A stretch of DNA of 64,000 bases from a bacterium. GTDB lineage: Bacteria; Patescibacteriota; Minisyncoccia; Phycocordibacterales; CAIZLB01. The DNA lies in assembly GCA_031411135.1 (NCBI GenBank), contig JANOAN010000007.1, positions 4,214 to 68,213 on the forward strand, read 5' to 3'. A model generated the notes under the pieces. It saw only the letters and a program-made list of their open reading frames with translations, ran no database searches and was not told where the DNA came from. This document shows positions 45,701-54,627 of this stretch, piece by piece. Every line of letters starts with the position of its first letter. Position 1 is the first letter of the stretch. The position numbers and the translations under genes are program-made.

Positions 45701-46335
45701 ACGGTTCATCATATACAGCGTCACTCCCTACAAGTTTTGCAAACTGTACATACAACATTACTTACAGTGTAAGCAATGAGAAATCACCAATATGTGCTAC
45801 AAGTGCATTCTTAAAACTTCGCGTGCTCGAGAGACCTAAGGTTGTTGTTCCAAGTACTACCGTTGCCCCAGCTCCTGTGGTAAATCCTCCCGTTTCATCA
45901 GCACCTACTCCATCTGTTGCGACTACAACAAATCCAACAGCATCCCTTACAGTTACGGTGAATGGACAAATGTATACTGGATCAGTAAATGTAAAAGTAG
46001 GTGATGTCTTGAATTACGAATGGAGCTCTACAAACGCTGATATAGGACAATCATTATACTCAAGTCAAAAGTGCGGGACAGGTTTGTGGACCGCAAAAGA
46101 TACTGGAAACAAATGGATTGTTAAGCTTGATAGTAATCAAGCAGCAGGATGTAACTACACAATTCTTTATGTCGTAACACAAAAAGCCACAGGAAAGACA
46201 GCTCGTGCTGAATTGAAGGTAAATGTAGCACCAATGACGACTTCGCTAAATTCAAAAAACTCTAATAAAAATACTGCATCAGTTACCAACACTTTAAACT
46301 GGATAGTTGGTTCAATTAAAGGTATCTTCAAGTAG
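42718..46335 (+). CDS. giant secreted surface protein (1205 aa): signal peptide, beta-propeller-like repeats, Ig-like domains, internal PG-binding domain, C-terminal ~125-aa Cys-containing repeat modules
   Basis: Signal peptide MKKFLLATFVLAAAFFSV…A; repeated GNKLYVP/…VIDV units; PG-binding-like …DKTKAALATYQVSKGITPNDGVNFGPITRAAV…; repeats …LTYKWTSTNA…CGSG…W…LKLRVLERPKVV. Confidence 0.8.
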   Translation: MKKFLLATFVLAAAFFSVNFPSTTDAASFVKKIIVPRDQFTSSTGIRLSSGILVGNKLYVPVGSSSGVAVIDVNSDTFLKAIPYNKAYAANSRTLIGSKIYFTSQNSIDVLDTTTDTIVSSYSDGNITALGALTLVAPNIAYAPSGQGVMVFNTSTNKIESKIPRIKAKTYSTAVYGSYGASYLSGNKFYAVNVDGYGGIDVFDTSTNEFVMTINKGTAYNYAGAPVLNGDKLYAIRYGSSKYVDIINTNTNTVSDSIKLAYDLRPSITVIGNKLFALPYSSGHIDVYDLTTKQLVAQIPNVNGYSGAVGTLVGNNLYLPSYSKTVVDVVDVVNNKLITSINTASNYYDSATLVGTKLYVPSFNTVIDVIDTVGDSTGIVAVPYSDPVLLSEVPQTNPIPSNTYKFDPVNGIKNVPIYNFSLNSKSERSDIEHIFFGYNNLIGTIPTDFHLYVGSSTLINVKPRITPVSFVFDYINRSIPADTTESFTVTADFPGSGYSTSSVGIYLAGVSYRDKTRKSINLGGTTVTQSGSGGVSTSIPNPVGSYKGQTQYFVRNSSAVNSVATTTATLTVNGSHNVTVSPGDNLLFSWSSVNASSYSPNVVPSKTSCNGYDLALVFSLNGTYNGQAPQKPGCSYELTYTAGINGVPNSNSSDTVVINVKDQKPASLSAVIEKDPLGSNVYSIDPYDTTTVPLYSFKLKSQDGNSTITSISLNVLSESGTHTSPKTLYLYDGSTLLSSKTVSDRFVVFNNLNYVVGSDVTKMFTVKGDFPTNTVSTSTASLSVSGITYKISNGTTPYMGILPLAGQTQYLVKKGSVSEETNSTPCTSPIPTFSVNATVGDSNDVVHNLKCFLSSKGYLLGNYLNNYYGDKTKAALATYQVSKGITPNDGVNFGPITRAAVNADIASVVKPLPVVVTTTSATAPSIQTTTPVIPATPQPTASLTANDKSGDVTVYVNEPLTYKWTSTNANIFRSSYIGSPASCGSGDNWVASTTNGSSYTASLPTSFANCTYNITYSVSNEKSPICATSAFLKLRVLERPKVVVPSTTVAPAPVVNPPVSSAPTPSVATTTNPTASLTVTVNGQMYTGSVNVKVGDVLNYEWSSTNADIGQSLYSSQKCGTGLWTAKDTGNKWIVKLDSNQAAGCNYTILYVVTQKATGKTARAELKVNVAPMTTSLNSKNSNKNTASVTNTLNWIVGSIKGIFK

Positions 46336-46420
46336 GTCTTATTGTTTTCCCTATACATTTAAAAAATACCAAGTTATAATTTAAGTTATCTTAATAATAA
46401 TATTTGGCACCTACTTAAAA

Positions 46421-49400
46421 ATGAAAAAAATTATACTTTACTCGTCCCTAATTGTGCTTACTCTCCTCAGCTTTAATTCGACGGTATTTGCAGTTGAAAA
46501 TTCAATTACAGTGGAGGTCCCGGCTGGAAACTATTTGGCAAGGTCATTTATGGAATTTAACGTACCGGTTAGCTACACTGCTAATGTTGGTTCTACATAT
46601 GAGATTAGTCTAGTTAGTGCAAATGCTGAAAAATCTTTTAAATCAAACTATACAAGAAAATACCACCCTAGTATTTATACTAAAGATGTCTCCTTTGATT
46701 CAGCAGTTTTAACTGATGGAACTTATCGTGTTCGAGTCACAGAGTTCGATAGTAATGGTAAAAAAATTGCGACTGGTGATTCGCAAAACTTAATTACTGT
46801 AACAAAAGTTAAAGATTGCGATTTAAGAGCATTTGCCGGGGTATCAATCGGTAGTACAAAAGGTGATGCTGTCAGGTATTATTACACTGCTAATAATTCA
46901 GAAAGGGGGGCTACAGACTACATGACTCAATCATATCAAGGTGCCTACTTGGGTATTACCGATGAGGGTATACAATTTTATACACCAGAATCAAACGTAC
47001 CTGGAACTTTGCCAATGTACAGAATGTACAACTCTGTTAAAAAAGACCACTACTATGTTATTGATCAAATCGATTTAGATAATGCCAAAAGTAAAGGCTA
47101 TGTAAGTCAGGGTGTTGTTGGGTATGTACTACAAACACAGTTACCAAATACTGTTCCTCTAATTAGTGTTATAGATGTAAATACTCACAGGTTAATAACA
47201 CGTGATATTTCTCTATACGATTATCAAATAAAAAAAGGAATTTTTAAAGAAATAAAAACATTAGGTTATGTTTTTGTACCAGCAGATCGTGATGGTACAC
47301 CTTATTTTAATTTTTCTAAGCGGTTAGATTCTGACTACAGAGAAGTTTGTCCTGCATTTAACAATAAAAGTACTGATCTAAGGTTGCAGCAAATTTTTCT
47401 GAGTGCATTAGGATCATCAACACGAAAGGTTTATGAGGATTCTTTGGCAACAGTAAAGCCGGTGGTGGCAACAACTCCATCAGAAGAAACAAATGTGACG
47501 ACTTGTCCTTCACCGATTCCAACCTTCTCTCTAAATGCGACAGTCGGGGACAGTAACGATGTGGTCCATAGCATGAAATGCTTCCTTAGTTCAAAAGGTT
47601 ATTTGTTAGAAAAATACTTAAATAATTATTTTGGAAATAATACAAAGGTTGCGTTGGCTGCATATCAAACTTCAAAGGGGATACAACCAAATGATGGTGT
47701 AAATTTTGGTCCGATTACGAGAGCGGCGATGAATGCGGATTTGGCTGCAGGCGTAACACTCGGTTCAATCACGGTTAATACCCCAAACGGAGGAATATAC
47801 GACAATGGTGCCACTCAGTCTATTATTATTATCGGTTGGAATGCATACAATGGAGATTTTGAAAACTATACAGTTACTCTAGGTAATACACTGTTGAATG
47901 TTGAACAAAACATTACTCCTGAGGTGATAAATAAACTATCAAATGGATACAACACAACGTCAGGCCAAGTTCAATCTTGGGTATCTGGATGGACTGGAAA
48001 GCCTGCCCCCACAGAAGGTTACTATTTCAAAGTCTTCGCTGTTAAAAAAGATGGAGCTGGATCTAGAAATGTTGCTGTGGGTAAAAGTAGTTCTTTTAGT
48101 ATAAGGACTGATCAAATATCCTCAATAAGTCCCCTTAAAGGATCTGGTGGAGAAGTGGTCACTATTAAGGGTAAGAACCTTTCAGCTGACAGCAAAATTA
48201 TTTTCCTTAAGGGTGGAGTTTGGAAGGGAGAATTAGGTGGACCAAGTATATTATCAGTAAATTCAAGCAATATAACTTTTACATTAAGCAAAACCTTTAC
48301 TAATAATATCGGAGCGGGTCTATATCAAGTAGGATTACAAAATTCAATTGGAGTAAAGAGTAACACCCTTAATTTCGAAGTAGTTGCAACTCCTGCACCT
48401 GCACCAACAGCCTCACTTACAGCAAATGACCAAAGTGGAGATGTCACCGTCTACGTAGGTGAGCCTCTTACATATAAATGGACTTCAACAAATGCAACAA
48501 TTGCCAAGTCTTCTTATACAAGTTCGCCTTCGTCATGCGGGTCATCAAATTCATGGGTTGCGAGTACTACAAGCGGATTTTCTTCTACGCAATCAGTGCC
48601 AACCAGTGCTGCAAATTGTACGTTTAATATTACCTACAGTGTTTCAAGAAATAATGTAAGTAACTTCACTGCAGCTCCAGTATTAAAGCTTCGTGTTCTT
48701 GAGAGACCAAAAGTTGTGCAACCAGTCACTGCACCTACTCCAGTTGTATTAGCAACTATTCCAGATCCAACAGCAACCCTCACACTTAATGGTCAAACTG
48801 GCACGGTTAATGTACGGGTTGGTGATGTTCTAAACTACGTATGGAGTTCAACTAATGCTTCAAGTGGTACTTCGGTTTACACAAGTCCAACCTGCGGTAG
48901 TGGCAAATGGGCTGCAAGCGATACTGGTAACAAATGGTCACCTGTAACCCCGAGTAACAATGCTGGTTGTGTTTTTAAAATTACCTATACAGTCACACAA
49001 ACTAGAACAGGGAAGACTGCCACATCGGAACTAACCGTTAATGTTGCTAGTGTTCCAAGTCCTGTTGTGCAACCAACCGCTCAGGTTGTTTCAACTAGCA
49101 GTACCTTTGCCATCCCTGTTCCTGTTGCAAATCCTACTATCCCAGCCCCCACAGCAACTTTCACACTTAATGGTCAAACTGGCACAGTTAATGTACGTGT
49201 TGGTGATGTCTTGAATTACGTATGGAGTTCAACTAATGCCTCAAGTGGAAGTTCAACATACACAAGTCCAACCTGCGGTAGTGGTAAATGGGCTGCAAGC
49301 GACACAGGTAACAAATGGTCACCTATAGTTCCAAGTAACAATATTGGTTGCAGTTACACAATCACATACACTGTGACACAGCCTTCAACTGGTAAAACAG

Positions 49401-49513
49401 CAAAAGCCGTGTTGGTGGTTAATGTTGCCTCAGTTCCAGTTTCAGCTAATTCAGCGGCTGCATCGAATGCTTTTAACTGGCTATTCAATTCAGTAAAAAA
49501 CATCTTCAAATAG
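46421..49513 (+). CDS. giant secreted surface protein paralog (1030 aa): signal peptide, PG-binding domain, IPT/TIG-like domain, three C-terminal repeat modules
   Basis: Signal peptide. PG-binding domain nearly identical to that of the upstream gene (CPSPIPTFSLNATVGDSNDVVHSMKCFLSSKGYLL…). Repeated modules …NYVWSSTNASSG…CGSGKWAASDTGNKWSP… Same C-terminal tail motif as the upstream paralog. Confidence 0.8.
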   Translation: MKKIILYSSLIVLTLLSFNSTVFAVENSITVEVPAGNYLARSFMEFNVPVSYTANVGSTYEISLVSANAEKSFKSNYTRKYHPSIYTKDVSFDSAVLTDGTYRVRVTEFDSNGKKIATGDSQNLITVTKVKDCDLRAFAGVSIGSTKGDAVRYYYTANNSERGATDYMTQSYQGAYLGITDEGIQFYTPESNVPGTLPMYRMYNSVKKDHYYVIDQIDLDNAKSKGYVSQGVVGYVLQTQLPNTVPLISVIDVNTHRLITRDISLYDYQIKKGIFKEIKTLGYVFVPADRDGTPYFNFSKRLDSDYREVCPAFNNKSTDLRLQQIFLSALGSSTRKVYEDSLATVKPVVATTPSEETNVTTCPSPIPTFSLNATVGDSNDVVHSMKCFLSSKGYLLEKYLNNYFGNNTKVALAAYQTSKGIQPNDGVNFGPITRAAMNADLAAGVTLGSITVNTPNGGIYDNGATQSIIIIGWNAYNGDFENYTVTLGNTLLNVEQNITPEVINKLSNGYNTTSGQVQSWVSGWTGKPAPTEGYYFKVFAVKKDGAGSRNVAVGKSSSFSIRTDQISSISPLKGSGGEVVTIKGKNLSADSKIIFLKGGVWKGELGGPSILSVNSSNITFTLSKTFTNNIGAGLYQVGLQNSIGVKSNTLNFEVVATPAPAPTASLTANDQSGDVTVYVGEPLTYKWTSTNATIAKSSYTSSPSSCGSSNSWVASTTSGFSSTQSVPTSAANCTFNITYSVSRNNVSNFTAAPVLKLRVLERPKVVQPVTAPTPVVLATIPDPTATLTLNGQTGTVNVRVGDVLNYVWSSTNASSGTSVYTSPTCGSGKWAASDTGNKWSPVTPSNNAGCVFKITYTVTQTRTGKTATSELTVNVASVPSPVVQPTAQVVSTSSTFAIPVPVANPTIPAPTATFTLNGQTGTVNVRVGDVLNYVWSSTNASSGSSTYTSPTCGSGKWAASDTGNKWSPIVPSNNIGCSYTITYTVTQPSTGKTAKAVLVVNVASVPVSANSAAASNAFNWLFNSVKNIFK
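48779..49450 (+). repeat. tandem near-identical duplication (~381-bp period) encoding repeated ~127-aa modules
   Basis: cacacttaatggtcaaactggcac[g/a]gttaatgtacg[g/t]gttggtgatgt… recurs at 48781 and 49163, with long near-identical runs after each. Confidence 0.7.
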
Positions 49514-49576
49514 ATCTTATTGTTACAACACATTTCTGCACTTGACAATAGCCTAAAAAAGGCATATTTTCAGGGT

Positions 49577-50770
49577 ATGAAAAACCTAATTAAAAGCATC
49601 CTAAAGAGTCATAAAGCCTTGTTTGCAGCGGTTTTTAGCCTTAGTCTGGTGTTTACAAGCGCCTTTGGTGTGGTTGATGTTGCCTTAGCTTCAACTCCTC
49701 AGTTAAATGTTGTTGCAAATAGCGGTAATCAGATTCAGATAAACGTGACCAATGCAGATATGAATTCTTCAGTTAATTTATATTATAACTTCTCATCATC
49801 ATCAAATATTTTTGTTGCAAATCTCGGAACAACAAATTCTTCAGGGTATTTTTCTACAACATTAAATCAGAACTCGTATTCGATTCCGCAGAACGCCTAT
49901 GTCTATGTAATTGTAAACGGACAGTCTTCGAATACTGTTTTGTGGCCTAATAACGTGAATAACTACGGAAGTGTGACTCTAAGTCAGACTAATTTAACTT
50001 TGGGGTATAACCAGTCTGGAAATGTAACAATCTACGGTGGAAACGGAGGATACTATGTCTCGAGTAACTCAAACTTATCAATTGTTTCTGCAAGTGTCAG
50101 CGGGTCAACTTTAAATCTAAATACTTATAACACGACTGGAAACTCTACTCTGACTGTGTGCAGCTACAACAACACGGGTTGTGCAACTTTGTATGTGTAT
50201 GTTCAATCAAATTCCAATTACAATCAGCCAACATATTTTTCACAGAGTAGTATAAATATTAATGTTGGACAGGGAATGGCGGTCACTATCTATGGCTCTG
50301 GTTCTTACACTATTTCAAGCAATTCAAACCCTACTGCAATTTCTTCTCTAGTAAACGGCAGTATCTTGAATGTATATGGAAGTGCTCCTGGATCTGGAAC
50401 TTTGAATGTTTGCTCAACGTCAGGTAATGGTGGATGTGCAAGCTTATATGTAACAGTGGGGAATTATGCTTACAATAACAATAATAATAACGGATACACT
50501 GGTTACACTACTTATACAAGCGGAACTTCTTACAACGGATACCCATACGGATACACTTACAACAACAATGCATACAATAACAACTACAGTAATCGGGGCA
50601 AAGTTCTAGGAGCTTCCACTGATTCTCCATCAAGAATTTATCTAAGCCAGGTTCCTTCAACCGGAATATCTCTAAATTTAAAAGTAGTTTTGTTCCTGAT
50701 CGGATTGCTTTCATGGAGTTTGTTTGCGGCATATATTTATATGGCAAAGCAGAAAAAGATAGTCAGATAA
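49577..50770 (+). CDS. secreted Asn/Ser/Thr/Tyr-rich repeat protein with LPXTG-like C-terminal sorting signal (VPSTG + TM helix + KQKK tail)
   Basis: Signal peptide MKNLIKSILKSHKALFAAVFSLSLVFTSAFGVVDVALA; three ~60-aa repeats ending …C..LYVYV; C-terminus SQVPSTGISLNLKVVLFLIGLLSWSLFAAYIYMAKQKKIVR. Confidence 0.6.
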   Translation: MKNLIKSILKSHKALFAAVFSLSLVFTSAFGVVDVALASTPQLNVVANSGNQIQINVTNADMNSSVNLYYNFSSSSNIFVANLGTTNSSGYFSTTLNQNSYSIPQNAYVYVIVNGQSSNTVLWPNNVNNYGSVTLSQTNLTLGYNQSGNVTIYGGNGGYYVSSNSNLSIVSASVSGSTLNLNTYNTTGNSTLTVCSYNNTGCATLYVYVQSNSNYNQPTYFSQSSININVGQGMAVTIYGSGSYTISSNSNPTAISSLVNGSILNVYGSAPGSGTLNVCSTSGNGGCASLYVTVGNYAYNNNNNNGYTGYTTYTSGTSYNGYPYGYTYNNNAYNNNYSNRGKVLGASTDSPSRIYLSQVPSTGISLNLKVVLFLIGLLSWSLFAAYIYMAKQKKIVR

Positions 50771-50779
50771 GTGTTTAAA

Positions 50780-50815
50780 AGAAAAAACCGACTTCTTTAA
50801 GAAGTCGGTTTTTTC
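50780..50815. terminator. bidirectional intrinsic terminator
   Basis: aaaaaaccgacttc-tttaa-gaagtcggtttttt, with A-run and T-run on both sides, between convergent genes. Confidence 0.6.
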
Positions 50816-50828
50816 TTTTGTTTGTCGT

Positions 50829-51038
50829 CTATTGAGCCGCCCCTCCACTATTTCCTGACCCTGTCGGAAGTGTGACGTTTATATTTGCTCCTGGAGTAGC
50901 CGCTGGAGTTTTACCTCTCATGTATCCTGGCCATATGAATAGTGCGCCAAGTACTAGAAGGATTACAACGATTAATAATGCTATAAATCCGGCTCCTGAA
51001 TCTCCACCTGAATTGGGAGTGTTTACGATTGTTGTCAT
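50829..51038 (-). CDS. small membrane protein (69 aa)
   Basis: Single TM helix flanked by Gly/Ser/Pro-rich segments. Confidence 0.4.
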   Translation of the reverse strand: MTTIVNTPNSGGDSGAGFIALLIVVILLVLGALFIWPGYMRGKTPAATPGANINVTLPTGSGNSGGAAQ

Positions 51039-51163
51039 GTGTTTATTTTATTTATTAAATATTTAACTTACGATGTATAAGCCGTATCAATCTAAAAGTG
51101 ATTACTGGGTTTATAAAAAGAAAACCGCTCGACTGAAGCCGGGCGGGTTTCAGTGAGCGGGGT

Positions 51164-51787
51164 TTACTCCATTCCGATACTCAGAATGCGTGCTAGTTTG
51201 CCTTCGGCGGCGGTAGCACGTCTTTCTGCGGAGAGCCTCAGTTGGTGCTCCTTACGGTACAAAGCCTTGTAGTCGGCATTTTCCGGCAATTCTGATGCCT
51301 TCTCAACGAGATCTAATTCTCCGAGAAGTATCTTGTTCGCTTCGCGAAGCTTTGGAGCATCGAGTAGGAAGCTTTTGAGAACCATCCCAGCAACACCTTC
51401 TCCTTCTTCAGCGAGAGCAATCAGGAAATGTTCTGTGCCGACGTGTCCCAATGTCTTGGCTTCTTTCTCTGCAATTGCCAGGACTTTTTTGACTCGTGGG
51501 GTGTAGGGTATGTTGCCAACAGAAGAACCTTCTGGTCCACTTCCGGTTCGGTGATCAACTTCGGCCCTGATGGGTTCGATTGCCATGCCCAGGCTGTGCA
51601 GAATTTGGATTGCCCTGCAGTTTTGGAATTCTAGGATGGCAAGGAGGACATGTTCGGTGCCAATGTAATTCTGGTTACGTTTCTTTGCTTCTTTGCGTGC
51701 CTGAACGAGTAGCGCTTGGGCGTTAGGAGTGTGATTCGTTGACATTTTCAGTTGTGGGTTGAGGTTGAGTTGGGGGGAACTTTTCAC
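51164..51787 (-). CDS. stand-alone double Clp N-terminal (Clp_N repeat) domain protein
   Basis: Two Clp_N repeats (…YIGTEHVLLAILE… and …HVGTEHFLIALAEE…); no AAA+ module. Confidence 0.6.
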   Translation of the reverse strand: MKSSPQLNLNPQLKMSTNHTPNAQALLVQARKEAKKRNQNYIGTEHVLLAILEFQNCRAIQILHSLGMAIEPIRAEVDHRTGSGPEGSSVGNIPYTPRVKKVLAIAEKEAKTLGHVGTEHFLIALAEEGEGVAGMVLKSFLLDAPKLREANKILLGELDLVEKASELPENADYKALYRKEHQLRLSAERRATAAEGKLARILSIGME

Positions 51788-51860
51788 CAGTAAGATTACA
51801 GAGAGAAGGTGTGTTTGTAAAGTTTTCTCTCACTTCCTGAAATATGATAATATTAGGACT

Positions 51861-52856
51861 ATGAAAAAGATTACAGCCCTAACTGGCGACCGTCCAACAG
51901 GTAGACTCCACCTCGGTCACTATGTCGGCTCAATTAAAAATCGCCTAGCTCTACAGGATAGTGCAGATGAGACCTTTTATATGATTGCGGATATTCAAGC
52001 ATTAACTGACAATTTCGCTACACCTGAAAAAGTTCACAATAACGTAATCGAGGTGGCTATGGACAACTTGGCTTGCGGACTTGATCCAAAGAAAACTACA
52101 TTTTTTATCCAATCCCAAATTCCTGAAATTGCTGAATTAACAGTGATGTTTTTGAATCTTGTGACAGTTGCAAGATTAAAGCGAAATCCAACCGTCAAAA
52201 ATGAAATGAATCAAAAAGGTTACGGAGAAGATGTACCTGCAGGATTTTTAGCATATCCAGTGAGCCAAGCAGGGGATATTCTTTTTTGTAAATCAAATAC
52301 AATTCCAGTCGGCGAAGATCAACTTCCAATCATTGAACAAGTGAATGAAATTGTAGATAAATTTAATTCCCTTTACGGAGAAACTTTTGAAAGAGTAAAG
52401 CCACTTTTGTCAGAAGCATCAAGGCTTGTTGGTATTGACGGAAATGCAAAGGCGAGCAAGTCACTTAATAATGCAATCTATCTTTCTGATTCAAAAGCAG
52501 AGATTGAGAAAAAGGTTATGGCGATGTATACAGATCCGAAGCATATACATGTTAGTGACCCGGGAAGTGTAGAGGGTAACGTCGTCTTCACTTATCTTGA
52601 TATCTTTGACGAAGACAAGGATGGAGTAGAAAAACTAAAAGCAGAATACAGAAAAGGGGGATTGGGGGACGTAACGATTAAAAAGCGCTTAATTGAAGTT
52701 CTTGAAAATTTCATCGGTCCCATTCGTGAACGAAGGGAAAAACTTGATCCAAAGGATGTTCTTGCAATTCTAAAAGAAGGTACCGAAAAGGTTCAGGAAA
52801 TAGCTCAAAAGCACATGAAAGAGTTTAAAAAAGCGGTCAAGATAGATTATTTTTAA
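51861..52856 (+). CDS. trpS: Tryptophanyl-tRNA synthetase
   Basis: Start at MKKITALTG; HIGH-type TGRLHLGHY; KMSKS-type KASKS; TrpRS-like length (~331 aa). Confidence 0.85.
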   Translation: MKKITALTGDRPTGRLHLGHYVGSIKNRLALQDSADETFYMIADIQALTDNFATPEKVHNNVIEVAMDNLACGLDPKKTTFFIQSQIPEIAELTVMFLNLVTVARLKRNPTVKNEMNQKGYGEDVPAGFLAYPVSQAGDILFCKSNTIPVGEDQLPIIEQVNEIVDKFNSLYGETFERVKPLLSEASRLVGIDGNAKASKSLNNAIYLSDSKAEIEKKVMAMYTDPKHIHVSDPGSVEGNVVFTYLDIFDEDKDGVEKLKAEYRKGGLGDVTIKKRLIEVLENFIGPIRERREKLDPKDVLAILKEGTEKVQEIAQKHMKEFKKAVKIDYF

Positions 52857-52859
52857 AAA

Positions 52860-53681
52860 ATGAAAACAATGTATTTAATAATTGCAATTGTCATTATACT
52901 TTCAACTTATTTATATATACAAAATAAGCCTAAAAAAGATATTGTCAGCGATATAAAACTTGAAGAAATTTTCTATCTGAAAAATAATCAAACTGCCTCA
53001 TACAAAGGGGTTTCACTTATTTTTTCACCCAAGACCCTTCCGATTTCTAGGGACCCTGTCACCGGTATGGAAAAATATCCCTATGATGTATACCAAGTGC
53101 TAGTTTCATACAAAAATGGAGAAGGAATATCCAAAACAGAAACCCTAACTTTTGGAAATACCGACATCTCTCAAAAATTCAGCACAGACACAATGACATA
53201 CGAGCTACACCTTATTGATTATAAGGACGGTGTAGCCTCCTTCAAATTAAATACTAGTTTTATAGAAAAACATTATGAACGAACCAAAGCGTCATATGTA
53301 CTCCAAATCACCGGAGGATATTTTGAAACGAAAATATTTATAAACAATAAATATGTTAACTCGATTGATTCGCCAAACAGTATTCATACTACAGGTTTTC
53401 TTATAAACAAATACTTATCATATGAAATGCAAGGTGTCCCTGAAGGAAAGATCGTCGATCCTGATATGCAAGGACACAATACTATACGCATAGGACCTAT
53501 CAAAACATCTTCAAAAGATGCAAAACTTTATGTCAAAATAATAGATAAATTAAATCCGGGAGCTATTTATTTTGATAAAGATATCAATTTTGATACTTTA
53601 GGAAATAATACTGTGGAGATAGATTTGCAAATTGAGTCTGACGCTGAACTCGTAAATCAACAGCAGACCTTATTAGAATAA
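52860..53681 (+). CDS. hypothetical membrane-anchored protein (273 aa)
   Basis: N-terminal TM helix; no recognised domain. Confidence 0.45.
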   Translation: MKTMYLIIAIVIILSTYLYIQNKPKKDIVSDIKLEEIFYLKNNQTASYKGVSLIFSPKTLPISRDPVTGMEKYPYDVYQVLVSYKNGEGISKTETLTFGNTDISQKFSTDTMTYELHLIDYKDGVASFKLNTSFIEKHYERTKASYVLQITGGYFETKIFINNKYVNSIDSPNSIHTTGFLINKYLSYEMQGVPEGKIVDPDMQGHNTIRIGPIKTSSKDAKLYVKIIDKLNPGAIYFDKDINFDTLGNNTVEIDLQIESDAELVNQQQTLLE

Positions 53682-53687
53682 ATAGTT

Positions 53688-54623
53688 ATGAAGAAAAATA
53701 TCTTAATAATTACCACCCTGCTCGTTATATCCCTTTTAGTAATTTATAATAAAAGCAAATATATGGGTACTATTAACAACGAACCAGAAGCGACTAAAAT
53801 AAGTAATTATATTTCTGAGGACAAAAGCTTTTCTTTTTCATATCCAGATTTTGAGAAGTGGAAATCACTGTCTGATATAGAACACACTCGTCTGAAAAAT
53901 GCTTCTGGTGTCTACACAGATTTTGTAAGTTTTATATATTATGATGGAAATACCAGTGGAATAATGCCTCATATAATGATTACTAAAATTTACCGCCCAA
54001 TGATGAAAGCTAAAGGAGATAAGAATTCTAATGGGATTATTTATACTAAGAGTGGACCTCCAGAAAATAAAATAGCATTTCAAACGGGGGGTTATTTTGT
54101 TGAAATTGCAGTAATTGTTGGTGAGAGAGAGGGATTTTCAGCACAGGTGGTGTTGGACGAAATTATTAAAAGCTTTAAAATACTAGGTACCGACACTTAT
54201 ATAATAGAAGACATGAAAGAATTTATATCGAGAGACGATAGCTTTGCATTTTATTATCCAGATTTTGAAAAGTGGACATCATCTATAATATTAGGAGCTC
54301 CTTTAGCAACTACAAACGAAGGGGATAGAATTGTTAATAAAATTATGTTTAGTCCTCCGGAATCAGAAATATGGAGCGGTCTAACACCTGAAATAACTGT
54401 GACAAAAATCTACCGCAGAGAACCAATTATGAGTAGTAGCGCTAACCCTAAAAGGGTGACGTATGTTAAAAATGCGGGGATAGTGGCTTTTCAAGGTTCT
54501 GGTTGGGTAGTTGAAATTCAAATAACTGCCGGTGAAACCAAGAGCTTTTCAACACAGGCTGTATTAGATGAAATAATTAAAACTTTTGAACTCAGGCTAG
54601 AAGACCTAGTTCCTCAACCATAA
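53688..54623 (+). CDS. hypothetical membrane-anchored protein with an internal ~140-aa tandem domain duplication
   Basis: N-terminal TM; repeats FSFSYPDFEKWKS…VTKIYR…FQTGGYFVEIAVIVGE…VLDEIIKSF and FAFYYPDFEKWTS…VTKIYR…FQGSGWVVEIQITAGE…VLDEIIKTF. Confidence 0.5.
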   Translation: MKKNILIITTLLVISLLVIYNKSKYMGTINNEPEATKISNYISEDKSFSFSYPDFEKWKSLSDIEHTRLKNASGVYTDFVSFIYYDGNTSGIMPHIMITKIYRPMMKAKGDKNSNGIIYTKSGPPENKIAFQTGGYFVEIAVIVGEREGFSAQVVLDEIIKSFKILGTDTYIIEDMKEFISRDDSFAFYYPDFEKWTSSIILGAPLATTNEGDRIVNKIMFSPPESEIWSGLTPEITVTKIYRREPIMSSSANPKRVTYVKNAGIVAFQGSGWVVEIQITAGETKSFSTQAVLDEIIKTFELRLEDLVPQP

Positions 54624-54627
54624 TAGA

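Noticed and set aside
51790-51860. Possible T-box leader upstream of trpS
   Set aside because: The 5' region is only ~70 nt with one short hairpin. That is far too short for a T-box riboswitch, and no T-box consensus (AGGGUGGNACCGCG) is present.
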